The notes under the pieces were generated by a model that was not told the DNA's origin, ran no database searches, and saw only the letters and a list, made by a program, of their open reading frames with translations. A stretch of DNA of 64,000 bases, from positions 7,751-71,750 of the forward strand of contig JAEUQO010000341.1 in assembly GCA_016789605.1 (NCBI GenBank). Reading direction: 5' to 3'. The position numbers were made by a program, and so were the translations under genes. Of the stretch, positions 48,588 through 61,600 are shown one piece after another (the stretch's first letter is position 1; every line of letters starts with the position of its first letter). Origin of the DNA: Acidobacteriota bacterium. Its GTDB lineage: Bacteria > Acidobacteriota > Blastocatellia > RBC074.

Positions 48588-49373
48588 ATGGTTTCACTAA
48601 CATCCAGTTCACCAGTGCCCAACTCGAAACACCCCATTTTGATCATCTGTGAACAGCGCCTGGTTGGTGAAGGCGTCAAGCTGTTGGTCAACGCGCAACC
48701 CGATATGGAGGTCGTGCGCGAAGTACAGCAGTATTCTGAAGCAATCCCCTTGTTGCAGGCCTGCCAGCCCGAAGTGGTTATCTTTGTACCGGGAGAGCCA
48801 CGTTGTTCCCAGACTGATGTGTCAGCGCAAATTCCTGAAATCGTTTCGCGTCTAAAAAACGCTTATGCCAAAGCCAAAGTGCTCGTGTTGGCTGCCGCAC
48901 GCGATGTTGGTTCAGTACGTCAATTTCTCAAAGCTGGCGCGTCTGGTTGTCTGTTGACTTCCGCACCGACCCAGGCGTTGTTTCAGGCGATTCGCACGTT
49001 GGCTGGCGGTGGCGTTTACCTGGATGATGATTTGATTGACACCTTTGTTTCGTTGCTTGCTCCCCGGCCAATAGGGCACTTGCGCAACGCGGGCGGTGAA
49101 TTGACTGCCCGCGAGGAAGAGGTGTTGCGCTTTGTTGCCCGCGGATTGCAAACGCGCGAAATTGCCGCGCGGTTAAAAATTGGCATCAAGACGGTTGATA
49201 CGCATCGCGCGCGCGCAATGAGGCGCTTGAACCTACACCGGCGCGCGGAAGTGGTGGCATATGGCGTCAGACACGGTTGGCTCACCGACGCAGGAGAAGA
49301 CGCGGACAATCTGCCAGGCCGTTCGGGGCCTAAAGAGTTGCGGAGTTTGAAACAGGCTGGCGCGCTCATGTGA
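48588..49373 (+). CDS. LuxR/NarL-family regulator with a degenerate (pseudo-)receiver domain
   Basis: AAGGA lies 7 nt upstream of ATG 48588. The C-terminal HTH is LTAREEEVLRFVARGLQTREIAARLKIGIKTVDTHRARAMRRL. The receiver-like N-terminus lacks the phospho-chemistry residues (see findings). Confidence 0.8.
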   Translation: MVSLTSSSPVPNSKHPILIICEQRLVGEGVKLLVNAQPDMEVVREVQQYSEAIPLLQACQPEVVIFVPGEPRCSQTDVSAQIPEIVSRLKNAYAKAKVLVLAAARDVGSVRQFLKAGASGCLLTSAPTQALFQAIRTLAGGGVYLDDDLIDTFVSLLAPRPIGHLRNAGGELTAREEEVLRFVARGLQTREIAARLKIGIKTVDTHRARAMRRLNLHRRAEVVAYGVRHGWLTDAGEDADNLPGRSGPKELRSLKQAGALM

Positions 49374-49397
49374 GCGTGTTCAGCCTGTTTTTGTTTT
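49350..49397 (+). terminator. Rho-independent terminator overlapping the regulator stop codon
   Basis: AAACAGGCTG (49350-49359) pairs with CAGCCTGTTT (49381-49390), followed by TTGTTTT. The TGA stop at 49371-49373 lies in the loop. Confidence 0.7.
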
Positions 49398-49609
49398 ACG
49401 AACACCTAACGTTGTATCCAGCAGCAATTGTTGGTTGACCCCCAGACATGGGCGGCAGGCAGTGCGGTCTGTCATCCGTGGTGGGAGCGGTCTGTCTTTC
49501 TGGCGGCAGTCTCACCGCCGCCAACTTGCAGGCGTGTGTGATCCCGCTTTGCACACGCCAGGGGAATTCCCCGCAAGATCATTGAAATCACTGAACATCA
49601 AGAAACACT

Positions 49610-52600
49610 ATGCAAATTACACACACTCTCACACAGTTCATTCGCACACTCCTCGGCGCACTCTCCCGTAGACGGCGGGCGCACATCGCAGGAGCAAAAA
49701 CAAAAGCAAAACACAATTCAGAGAGCGGCGGTCCCGCACAACCGGGACGCAGCCCAGAATTGAGCCCGCGCCTGCTGGCCCGGAACGGTGTGTTCCAGCG
49801 TGGGCGCGTCGTGCTGTCTTTGCTGGTGTTATTGGTGATTCTGACTACCTCAGCAGTCTTTTTGACCTCAACAGCACGAGCATTTGGTTGGTCACAGGCA
49901 TATACAAAAGTCGCATCCGTGCTGAGCAACGGTAAGCAATACCTGTCTGCTTGGATGGGGGGGGCGAATGGGAGCGAGCTTACGCCTGCCGCTTGCACCT
50001 TAACGCAGGAAGTGACCGTCAGCAGTTGTTATTACACCACAGGCTCAAGAGCGACGGTCAGTGTCGAAGTTGCCTGGACCGGTGCGATTAATGGCGACAC
50101 GATCACCGTTTCACTTGATGGCGGAGCGCAAACGCGCACCATCAAACCGGAATCATTGTACGACCCCGGAACGGGATCTGCTGTGGCAGGGCCTATTTCA
50201 TCACCACAAGTTGTGGCCTTTGAAATCACTGCTGATGGCGCGGCACACACGATTTCTTCTTCGCTTTCAGGCGCAATGAGCTGTGGCGCAGGAACGACCA
50301 ATTTCAACGCGCCAGCAGGCTGTGTTCCGAACCTGTGCACTTCAGGTGAATTGGGCGGCACGGTGTATTTTGATTATGACGCCGATGGCGTGAAAGATTC
50401 CGGTGAAACGAATGGCGCCGCAGGCGTCACAGTGATGGCCTTTGACGTGAACGGAACCACATACAGCGCCACCAGTGATTCGGCGGGGCGCTATGAGTTC
50501 AGTGCCGCCAATGGAAATGCGATTCCTGCCGGTTCCTACCCGGTCCGTTTAGAGTTCACGAATTTACCTGCCAGCGGTTTTCAGACCACGACACCGCACG
50601 GTGCCAATAACTCTACCAGCGTACAATTTGCTGCTAGCTCAGCCTGCAATTTCGATCTCGGTGTGATGGAGCAAATCGGATTCTGTCAAGATAATCCATA
50701 CGTTGTAACGCCGTGTTACGTGAACGGCGATCCAGCACCGACAAGCGGTTCTAATCTGGCAGGCGATGGTGATGCGTTGGTCGCCTTTCCTTATAACAGT
50801 TCTGGCGGACCGACGCCGGCGACGATGTTGCATCTGGCTACAGCGCGTCAGGTCGGGTCAGTTTGGGGCGTAGCCTATAACAAATTCACGAAGAAGGTCT
50901 TCACTTCGGCAATGTTGCGTCGTCACGTAGGACTTGGGCCGCAGGGATTAGGTGGTATGTACGTCACTGATATGACTGTCCCAGCTTCAGCCACGACCAG
51001 CAATTTTATTGATGTCGTAGCCGATCTGGGCATTGACGTCGGGCAGGCTTCTGTGCCGAGTGTGGCAACCAGAGGTTTATCATCAAACAAAACCAACCCC
51101 AGTTATGACACGGCGGTGTTTGGCCTGGTCGGTAAAGTGGGTATCGGCGACATAGATATTTCCGATGATGGCAATACGCTATGGTTCGTTAACCTATTCG
51201 ATAAAAAACTTTATGGTTTAGATCTCACGGCTTACAACACCAGCAACACTCTGCCGACCTCTGCTGAGATTCTCTTTTCAACCACAATCCCTGGGCCGAC
51301 GTGTACAAACGGAACGATCCGGCCCTGGGGCGCGAAGTTTAAAGGCGGCAAGTTATACGCTGGGTCGGTCTGTGACGCCAGCAGTGGCGGTTCTTCAGAC
51401 TTAAGAGCCCGCGTTTCGTATTTTGACCCCTCGACAAATCTCTGGACGACCGCCTTTGAATTTCCTCTGACCTATCCCAAAGGCTTTCCCATTTTCAGTT
51501 TGCCGCAGGCTACTGGTTGGTATCGGTGGACGGACAGTTTTGCCGAAGTTACGACATTCAACGGTCTTTTTGATGCTGGGTTTGGAACCGGAACGATGGT
51601 TGAGCGCCCGCAGCCCATCCTGTCGGATATTGAATTCGATTTGGATGGAACAATGATCCTCACATTGATGGATCGGCAGGGGCTTCAACTGGGCTACATG
51701 AATTATGGTCCTAACTCTCCTGACACAACGCTCTACATGACCTCAGTTGGTGGTGATGTGCTTCGGGCCTTCTCATCAAATGGCGCATACATTCTCGAAA
51801 ATAATGCCCAGGCCGGTCCTGAGACCGGGGCCGGGCCAAATAACAATCAGGGGCCAGGGTTCGGCGAGTTTTACAACGATAACTGGATTGTCAATGGTTT
51901 CCTGGCGCATACCGAACATTCCATGGGCGCGCTGGCACTAAAACCCGGATCAGGCGAAACAATCAACGTCGTGATTGACCCTGTTAATAACACGCCAAAT
52001 TCAGGTGGGGTCAGATGGTTGAGTAACACATCAGGTCAGCCAAACAGGTCATATAACGTTTACACAGGCAGCGCCAATGGTGGTGTCGGCGGAAACGGTC
52101 TCTTTGGCAAAGCGGTTGGGCTAGGCGATGTGGAGTTGACCTGCGAACCAGTGAGTTACTTGGAGATCGGCAACCGCCTTTGGATGGACACGGATCGCGA
52201 TGGGGTGCAAGACCCGGGTGAAATGCCAATTGCTGGTGTGACATTGCGGTTATACACCCCGGCAGGCAGAGACGGCATCGCGGGGAACGCGGATGATCTG
52301 ACCCCCATTGCCACTGCGGTGACAGATGCCAATGGTACGTTCTATTTCACTTCACAGGATGCCAATGAGGATGGCATCCCTGACAGTGATGCCAATACCG
52401 CGAACAATACAGGCCTGGTGGGCGGCGGCGCAGCCAATCCAACTTATCCAGCGATTCAACCGAACACCCGCTATGTCATTCGTGCAGATCGTCCGCAAGA
52501 CTATCAATCGGGTGGGGCTTTGTATGGCAAGCTGCTGACAGCGGCAGATTTTGGTAGCGGAACGTTGGGCAGCCCGGCTGATTTGCGCGATTCTGACGCA

Positions 52601-55600
52601 GCTCTGGCGAACGTGCTGGGGATTGCAGGTGGCAATTTTCCAGAGGTCGAGGTCAAACATCTAGTCAATGGCGCTCCGACCAATGGCACGGGGGCGTTTG
52701 GCGAAGATGATCACACGCTCGATATGGGGTTCCAGGCATTTTATGACTTTGGCGATGCGCCTGATCCGACCTTCCCAACACTGTTGGCAAACAACGGCGC
52801 CAGACACGTCATTGTTGCAGGTGTTCATCTGGGCGCCGGCGTGGATGATGATGCCGACGGGCAACCAGGCGTCAACCACGACGGTGACGACAACGACGTT
52901 GACGGCGATGATGAAGACGGCGTTGTTTTGCCGACCTTGATCGCCGGGCAAACTGCCACGATTCAGGTTACGGCCAGTGTGGCTGGTATCCTGAACGGCT
53001 GGATTGACTGGAATAACGATGGCAGTTGGGGGGCTGGCGAACAGATCTTTAACGATCTGGCTGTCGTCGCAGGTATAAACAACCTGAACATCAACGTTCC
53101 GTTGGGCGCGGTGCAGGCGACGGTTTGTACGCGCTTCCGGTTTGTGGCCGCAGCGGATGGCAACGCCGCCGTCAATTCACCCACCGGCCAGGCGCCCAGC
53201 GGTGAAGTCGAAGACTATCCCGCGACCGTCCTCAAAAACATCTCCCTCGGCAACCAGGTCTTTTACGACACCAACAACAACGGCCTGCGCGATGGTGGCG
53301 AAGCCGGTATCAATGGGGTCGTCGTGGAACTCTATGCCGATAGCGATATGAACGGCACTCCTGATACGGCCTTCCCGCTGGATCGCAAGACCACTGCCAC
53401 AGTCGGTCTGACAGATGGGTTGTTCCTGTTTACGCAACAGACCCTCAATACCACAACGGGCGTAGCGCTGGGCGCGCCGATCGGGTTGATACCTGGCAAA
53501 TATGTGGTGTGTTTGCCTGCCTCGAATTTCACCGGCACTGGTGCGCTGGTCGGATTGTGGAGCAGTGGCACGACCGCCGGACTCACGGGCGCAACTACCG
53601 AAACGACTGCGCCGGATCCCAACACGGGCGGTGCGGTCAGCAATCCTGGCATTGACAACGACGACAACGGCACGCGCGACGGCAGCGGCAAAGTGCTCAG
53701 CCGTACGATTGATGTCGGCATAAACGAGCCGCTGACGGAAAACCCATACAACAACAACGACGCCACCGTGCCGGATACGCTCAGCAACCTGACCGTGGAC
53801 TTCGGGTTCTATGGGCTGAGCGTCGGCAACCTGGTCTTTAATGACGGCGGCGCGGGCGGCAATTACAACAATGCTGCGTTCGATTCCGGCGAAACCGGGA
53901 TCGGCGGCGTGACCGTGCGGCTCTATGCCGAAAACGGCACGTCGTTGCTGATGACCAAGACAACGGACAACAACGGCAAATATCTGTTCCCCGGATTGGC
54001 TGCCGGCAAGTATTACGTTGAAGTCGTGCGCGACGCGGTGCTCAATGGTTTTGTGAGCAGCCGCGACGGCGTGAATGTCAACAACACGAACGCCGCCGAT
54101 AGCGACGACAACGGCCCGCAAGCCAATGTTACGCCGAGTGCCGTGCGCAGCCCGCAGATCATGCTGGTCGCCGGCGACAGCACGGCCACGGGCGAAAGCG
54201 ATCAGGCGCAATCTGCCTCGCCGGGCTTCGGTAATCCGGCGATGACCGACAACGCGGCCACGCCGGACGCAAACTCCAACCTGGAAGTGGATTTCGGGTT
54301 TGTGCGTGTCTATAGCCTGGGCAACCGTGTCTGGAAAGACCTGGACAACAGCGGCACGCTCAATGGCAGCGAAGTTGGCATTGACAACGTCACGCTGCGG
54401 TTGCTGGTTTCACCGGCATTGACGCAAGCCACCGACCTTTATGGGGCGACCATCGCGGATCAAACCACTGCAAGCGGCGGTTACTTCCGCTTCGACAATG
54501 TGCCGCGCGGCGATTATGTAATCGAAGTGCGCGCCACCAATTTCTCGGGCGTGCTCAACGGTTGTATCAGCAGCACGGCTGACGCTGGCGATCCCGATAC
54601 CGACACCGATGACAGCGATGACAATGGCGTCGGCTCCACGCCGAATGTCAGCAACGGCATTCGCAGTGTGGCGGTGACTTTGGGCGAAGGCAGCGGCACC
54701 GCCGAACCCATCAACGACAACGATCCGGCCACGAATCCGCAAACCAACGAAGCGCCGGACAATCAATCCAACCGCACGGTGGATTTTGGCTTCACGCCGA
54801 TTTACAGCCTGGGCAATCGTGTCTGGAAAGACCTCAACAACAGCGGCACGATTGATGCGGCGGATGGCGGCACGCCGGGTGTGGATGGCGTGATCGTGCG
54901 TTTGCTCAACGCCAACACGTTGGCGCAAGCCACGGATTACACCGGCGCACTCGTGGCGGATCAAACCACGAGCGGAGGCGGTTATTACCGCTTTGATAAC
55001 TTGCTGGCGGGCGATTATGTGGCCGAAGTCCGCGCCGCAAACTTCACTGGTGTCGGCGTGCTGGTGGGCTGTATGTCCAGCAGCGCAGATGCCGGTGACC
55101 CCGATACCGATGTTGACGATAGCGACGACAACGGCGTCGGTATTGCGCCCAATGTGACCACGGGCATTCGCAGCGCCGCGATTACCTTGGGACCGGCTGT
55201 CGGCAGCGAACCTACCAACGACAACGATCCGGCGACCAACCCGCTGCCGGGTGAAGCGCGCAACGATCAATCCAACCGCACGCTCGATTTCGCTTTTGTG
55301 CCGGTTTACAGCCTGGGCAACCGGGTTTGGGAAGACCGCAACAACAACGGCGCCTTTGACGGCGGCGAAAACAGCATTGACGGTGTGTTTGTGCGGCTGC
55401 TGGATGGCACGGGCGCACCCGCCAGTGACATCTTCGGTACGCCAGTGCCTGATCAGACAACGAGTGGCGGCGGTTATTACCGGTTCGACAACTTGCTGAC
55501 GGGCGATTACATCGTCGAAATCATTTCGGCCAACTTCACCAGTGGCGTCTTGCAAGGCACGGTCAGCAGCGTGCCTGACGCGGGCGATCCGGATGTTGAC

Positions 55601-58600
55601 CAGGATGACAACGACGACAACGGCGTTGGTGTTTTCCCCGGCGCAAACGGCGTGCGCAGCCTGGCTGTGACGCTCGGTCCCGGATTGGGAACAGAGCCGA
55701 CCACCGACAATGATCCGACAACCAATCCGCTGCCGGGCGAAGCGCCTAACGGCCAATCCAACCGTACAGTGGATTTCGGCTTCGTGCGTGTTTACAGCCT
55801 GGGCAATCGCGTGTGGCGCGATTTGAACAACAGCGGCACGATTGACGCGGCGGATGGGGCCACGCCGGGCATCGCGGGCGTGCAAGTGCGCTTGCTCGAT
55901 AGCGCGGGCGTGCTCTCGGCGCGTGACATCGAGGGCAAAGTTATTTCGCCGGTGGTGACCGATACAGACGGTTGCTATCGCTTCGACCTGCTGCCCGCCG
56001 GGGATTACATCGTCGAAATCGGCGCGGTCAGCTTCCAGACGGGCGGGCCGTTGGTCAATCACACGTCCAGCACCGGCGCGTTCGCGACCACTGGTCCGAA
56101 CGAACCCGGACCCGACCCGGACACCAATCCGAACGACAACGATGACAACGGCACGATGCAGTATGCCAACAACACACCGTTGTCGGCCCGCAGCGCCGTG
56201 ATCACGCTCGGCGAAGGCAACGGCCAACAAGAACCGACACCAGACGCTGACGAATGCGTGGGCGATCCGGGCGCGTTCACCACCGATAACCAGTCCAACC
56301 TGACCGTGGATTTCGGATTTGTACCGCTGCTCAGTTTGGGCAACGTCGTGTGGAAAGACGTCAACAACAACGGCATTTTTGAGCCGCCGGCTGAAACGGG
56401 GGTTGCGCTGGTGACGTTGAATCTCTATCGCGACAACGGAGCAACGCCGGGAGCCTTCGACGCGGGTGACACGCTGGTGACTTCAACGGTGTCCAGCGGC
56501 GGTTCTGTCGGAACCGAAGGACGCTACCTGTTTACGGGCTTGTTGCCGGGCGATTATTTGGTGCAGGTTGCGCCGCTTAACTTCCAGGCCGGTGGCGCGT
56601 TGTTGGGCTGTCTGAGTTCCACCACCACCACGCCTGATCCTGACACGCCGTTGCCGATTGGCGGCACGGATGACGACGACAACGGTATAGACAATCCAAC
56701 GCCTGCGACAGGCGGTATTGTCAGCGGCGTGATTTCGCTCTTCCCCTTTGGCGAGCCCGATACGCCGATTGATACCGATGGCACGCTCGGCAACCTGACG
56801 CTGGATTTCGGATTCTACAGCACGCTGAATCTGGGCAACCTGGTTTGGAAAGACAACGACAACGACGGCACGCGCGATGCGGGCGAACCCGGCATTGATG
56901 GTGTCGCTGTTGAGCTCTTCCTTGACCGCAACAACAACAATACCCTTGAGCCAACGGGCGGCGACGCTCCGGCGTTTGCCACGACCTCGACAGTAAACGG
57001 AGGCTTCTATAACTTTACCGGATTGGTGCCGGGCAATTTCTTCGTGCGTATCCCGCCGACGGAATTCCAGGGGCCGAATGGACGGTTGCTGAATTGTTTC
57101 AGCTCGACGCCCTCCGAGACCACGCCAAACAACGACGTAGACAACAACGACAACGGCTTGCAACAAGGCACGCCCGCGACCGACGGTGTTTACAGCGGTT
57201 TGGTGACCATGCAACCCAACACGGAGCCTGACACCAACGTAGACACTGATGGCCGCAGCGGTAACCTGACGGTTGACTTCGGTTTCTATGGTCAGGTCAG
57301 TCTGGGCAACCTGGTCTGGAAAGACATGAACAACAACGGTCTGCGCGATAACGGCGAACCGGGCGTTGGTGATGTCACAGTCCTGGCCTATCGTGACGAT
57401 GGCAACAATACCTTCGACTTGCCTGCGGATCAGTTGGCAGGCACGGCGACGACCAGCACTGCGCCAGCGACGTTGGGACAATACCTGTTCCCGAATCTGG
57501 CGCCGGGGAATTACTTCGTCGTCATCCCGGCGGCGGAGTTCCAAGCGGGTGGTGATTTGTTCGGCTGTCTCAGTTCGACCCAAACAGCCACCGATCCCAA
57601 TGCACCACCCGCTGTCGGGGGCGTGGATAACGACGACAACGGTCTGGACAATCCTGCGCCCGCTTCAAATGGCATCGTCAGCGGTTTGGTTTCGCTGACG
57701 CAAAACGGCGAGCCACCGGCCAATTTGGACGGCGACGATGCCAATGGCAATTTGACGGTGGATTTCGGCTTCTATTCGCCGATGACGCTGGGCAACCTGG
57801 TTTGGAAAGACGTCAACAACAATGGCGTGCGCGATCTGGCGCCGACGCCTGAAGCAGGTATCGGCAACGTCACGGTGCAACTCTACCGCGACAACGGCGA
57901 CGGTCAGTTCGTGCTCGGTCCTGATGTGTTCGTCACTTCGACCACAACCAGCACTGCTCCGGCGACGTTGGGCCAGTATCAATTCCCGGGTCTGTTGCCG
58001 GGCAATTACTTCGTGGTGATTCCGGCGGCGGAATTCCAGACAGGCGGCGATCTGGCGGGTTGTCTCAGTTCGACGCCGACCGAACTCAATCCCAACGCGG
58101 ATGGCGACAATAACGACAACGGCCTGAACAGCACGACGCCTGCGACCACGGGCATCACCAGTGGTTTGGTCACGTTGCTCAGCCAGACCGAGCCGCCGGT
58201 CGTGACCGACGGCGACGACATCAACGGCAATCAGACGGTGGACTTCGGGTTCTATGCCACGCTGACGCTGGGCAATCTGATCTGGAAGGATTACGACAAC
58301 GACGGTGTGCGTGATTTGACGCCCACGCCTGAACCGGTCGTACCGAACGTGACCATCGAACTGTTCGCCGATCGCAACAATAACAACACCTTTGAACCGA
58401 ACGGTGCTGATGCTCCGCGCGTGGCTGTCACCGTGACAGACGCCAACGGTCTCTATCAATTCAGCAACCTGTTGCCGGGCGATTACTTCGTGTTGGTGTC
58501 GGCCAGCAACTTCCAGACGGGCCAACCGCTGGCGGGCTGCCTGAGTTCGACCGGCGCAGACACGACCGATCAGGTAGACAACAACGACAACGGTCTTGAC

Positions 58601-61600
58601 AGTGCCACGGCGGCCAACAACGGCATCGTCAGCACGCGCGTGACGCTGACCGGTTTGGGCGAACCTGCCGCAGGCGTGGACGGCGACGACACCAATGGCA
58701 ATCAGACGATTGACTTTGGTTTCTATCCGCCGCTCAGCCTGGGCAACTTGTTGTGGAAAGACCTCGACAACGATGGTGTTTTTGACAACAACGAACCGCT
58801 GGTCAACGGCGTGACCGTTGAACTGTTCCTCGACCGCAACAACAGCAACTCGCTCGAACCGACCGGAGCCGATGCGCCAGTGTTGCAAACGACGGTTTCG
58901 GCCAACGGCGGAAAATACCAATTCAACGGTTTGGCGCCGGGCACCTATTTCGTGCGCATCGCCGCCAGCAACTTCGCGCCGGGCGGAGTGCTCGAAGGCT
59001 GTCTCAGTTCGACGGGCAATGATCCGGGCGACAGCACGGACAACAACGACAACGGTATTGATAACCCGACGCCGACCAACGGTGGCGTGGTGACGCCGCC
59101 GATCCCGGTCAGCGGCAATACCGAACCGCCTACCAACGTGGACGGCGACGGTCCCAACGGCAACCAGACGATTGACTTCGGTTTCATTCCACAAATGGGC
59201 CTGGGCAATCTGGTTTGGAAAGACAACAACAACAACGGCGTGGTGGATGCGGGCGAACCGGGCATCGGCAATGTCACGGTCGAGCTGTATCGCGAAACCA
59301 ACAGCACGGCAGGTCTGCAACTGGGCGGCGGCGGCGATACGCTGGCCGGATCGGTCACGACCAGCGCAGTGCCGGCCACACTTGGTCAGTACAACTTCAC
59401 GAATCTGGTGCCGGGCACGTATTACGTGCGCATTCCGGCGGCGGAATTCGCGGTTGGCGGCGATCTGGCGGGCTGCTTCAGCTCGACGGTCACCACGACC
59501 AATCCCAACCTGCCGCCGAACGTGGGCGGTGTGGACAATGATGACAACGGTCTGGATGCGGCAACGCCTGCCACCACCGGACTCAACACCGATGCCATCG
59601 TGCTGGTGGGTTCGCTCGAACCGCCGCTGCCGGTTGATGGTGACGACAACAATGGCAACCAGACAATTGATCTGGGCTTCTATCCGCCGATGTCGTTGGG
59701 CAATTTGGTCTGGAAAGACTACGACAACGACGGGCAGCGCGACACAGCCAACCCGGCAGAGCCAGGTGTGGGAGGAGTAACGGTTGAACTGTGGCGTGAC
59801 AACGGTGACGGCGTGTTCAATCCGGCTTCTGATGGTGCCCCGGCAGGCACGCCGCTCACCACCAGCACCAGCAGCGCACCCGCCACATTGGGGCAATATC
59901 AATTCACGGGTCTGTTGCCGGGCAACTATTTCGTGCGCATTCCGGCGGCGGAGTTCGCGGTGGGGGGCGATCTGGCGGGCTGTCTCAGTTCGACGGTCAG
60001 CGACCTAACGCCCAACAATGACGAAGACAATGACGACAACGGCCCGGACAATCTGACTCCGGCCACGGGCGGCATTGTCAGCAACCTCGTCACCTTGCTG
60101 GGGAACAGCGAACCGCCCCCAGGCGTGGACGGCGATGACGCCAACGGCAACCAGACGGTTGACTTTGGTTTCTACACGCCGATGACGCTGGGCAATCTGG
60201 TCTGGAAGGATTACGACAACGACGGCGTGCGTGATCTGACGCCAACGCCGGAACCGGGTGTCGCCAATGTCGTGGTTGAGTTGTATCGCGACAACGGCAA
60301 CAACAGCTTCCAACCGAATGCCGATACGCTGGTCACCACCACGACCACGGGCGCAAACGGTGATTACAGCTTCAGCAACCTGCCGCCGGGCGTGTACTTC
60401 GTCCGTCTGGCAGCGAGCAACTTCGCGTCGGGTGGCGTGCTGGCGGGCTGTCTCAGCTCCACGGGCGCTGACAACGGCGATGTGGACAACAACGACAACG
60501 GTGTGGATGGTTCCAATCCGCCACTGGATGGCATCGTCAGCACGCCCGTGACGTTGATCAACACGACTGAACCGAATACGCCAGTGGACGGCGACGACAC
60601 GAACGGCAATCAGACGATTGATTTCGGTCTGTATGCGCCGCTTACGTTGGGCAATCTGGTTTGGAAGGATTACGACAACGACGGCGTGCGCGACACAGCC
60701 AATCCGGCGGAACCCGGCGTAGCGGGCGTCACGGTGCAACTGTACCGCGAAACCAACAGCACACCCGGACTGCAATTGGGCGGCGGCGGCGACACGCTGG
60801 CGGGAACGGCCCAGACCGATACGTTGGGACTCTACAGCTTCAACGGCTTGGTGCCAGGCGACTACTACGTGCGCATTCCCGAAACGGAATTCGCCACGGG
60901 CGGTGATCTTGCCGGTTGTCTGTCCTCTGAACCGACCGAAGCCACGCCGAACAGCGATGGTGACAACAACGACAACGGTGTCAACAACCCGACGCCGCAA
61001 ACCAGCGGCATCGCCAGCGGTGTGGTCACCCTGACGGGCAACAGCGAACCGACCAATGACGGTGACGGCCCGAACGGTAACCAGACGGTGGACTTCGGCT
61101 TCATTCCGCAAATGACGCTGGGCAACCTGCTCTGGAAAGACTTCGATAACGATGGCGTGCGCGACACGGTCAACCCGGTCGAACCCGGGGTGGGCAATGT
61201 CACACTCGAACTCTATCGCGAAACCAACGGCACGGCGGGATTGCAACTGGGCGGCGGCGGCGACCAACTCGTCGGCACGACGACGACCAGCAACACGCCC
61301 GCGACCTTGGGGCAATACAGCTTCACCGGCTTGGCTCCGGCGACCTACTACGTGCGCATTCCGGCGGCGGAATTCGCCACGGGCGGAGACCTGGCCGGTT
61401 GCTTGTCTTCCGAACCGACCGAGCTTGATCCCAACGCCGACGGCGATAACAACGACGATGGCGTGAACAACCCGAATCCGGGTGTGAACGGCATCAATTC
61501 CGGCCCGGTCGTGTTGATTGGCAACAGCGAACCTGCCAACGAAGGTGACGGCACCAATGGCAACCAGACGGTGGACTTCGGCTTCATTCCGCAAATGACG

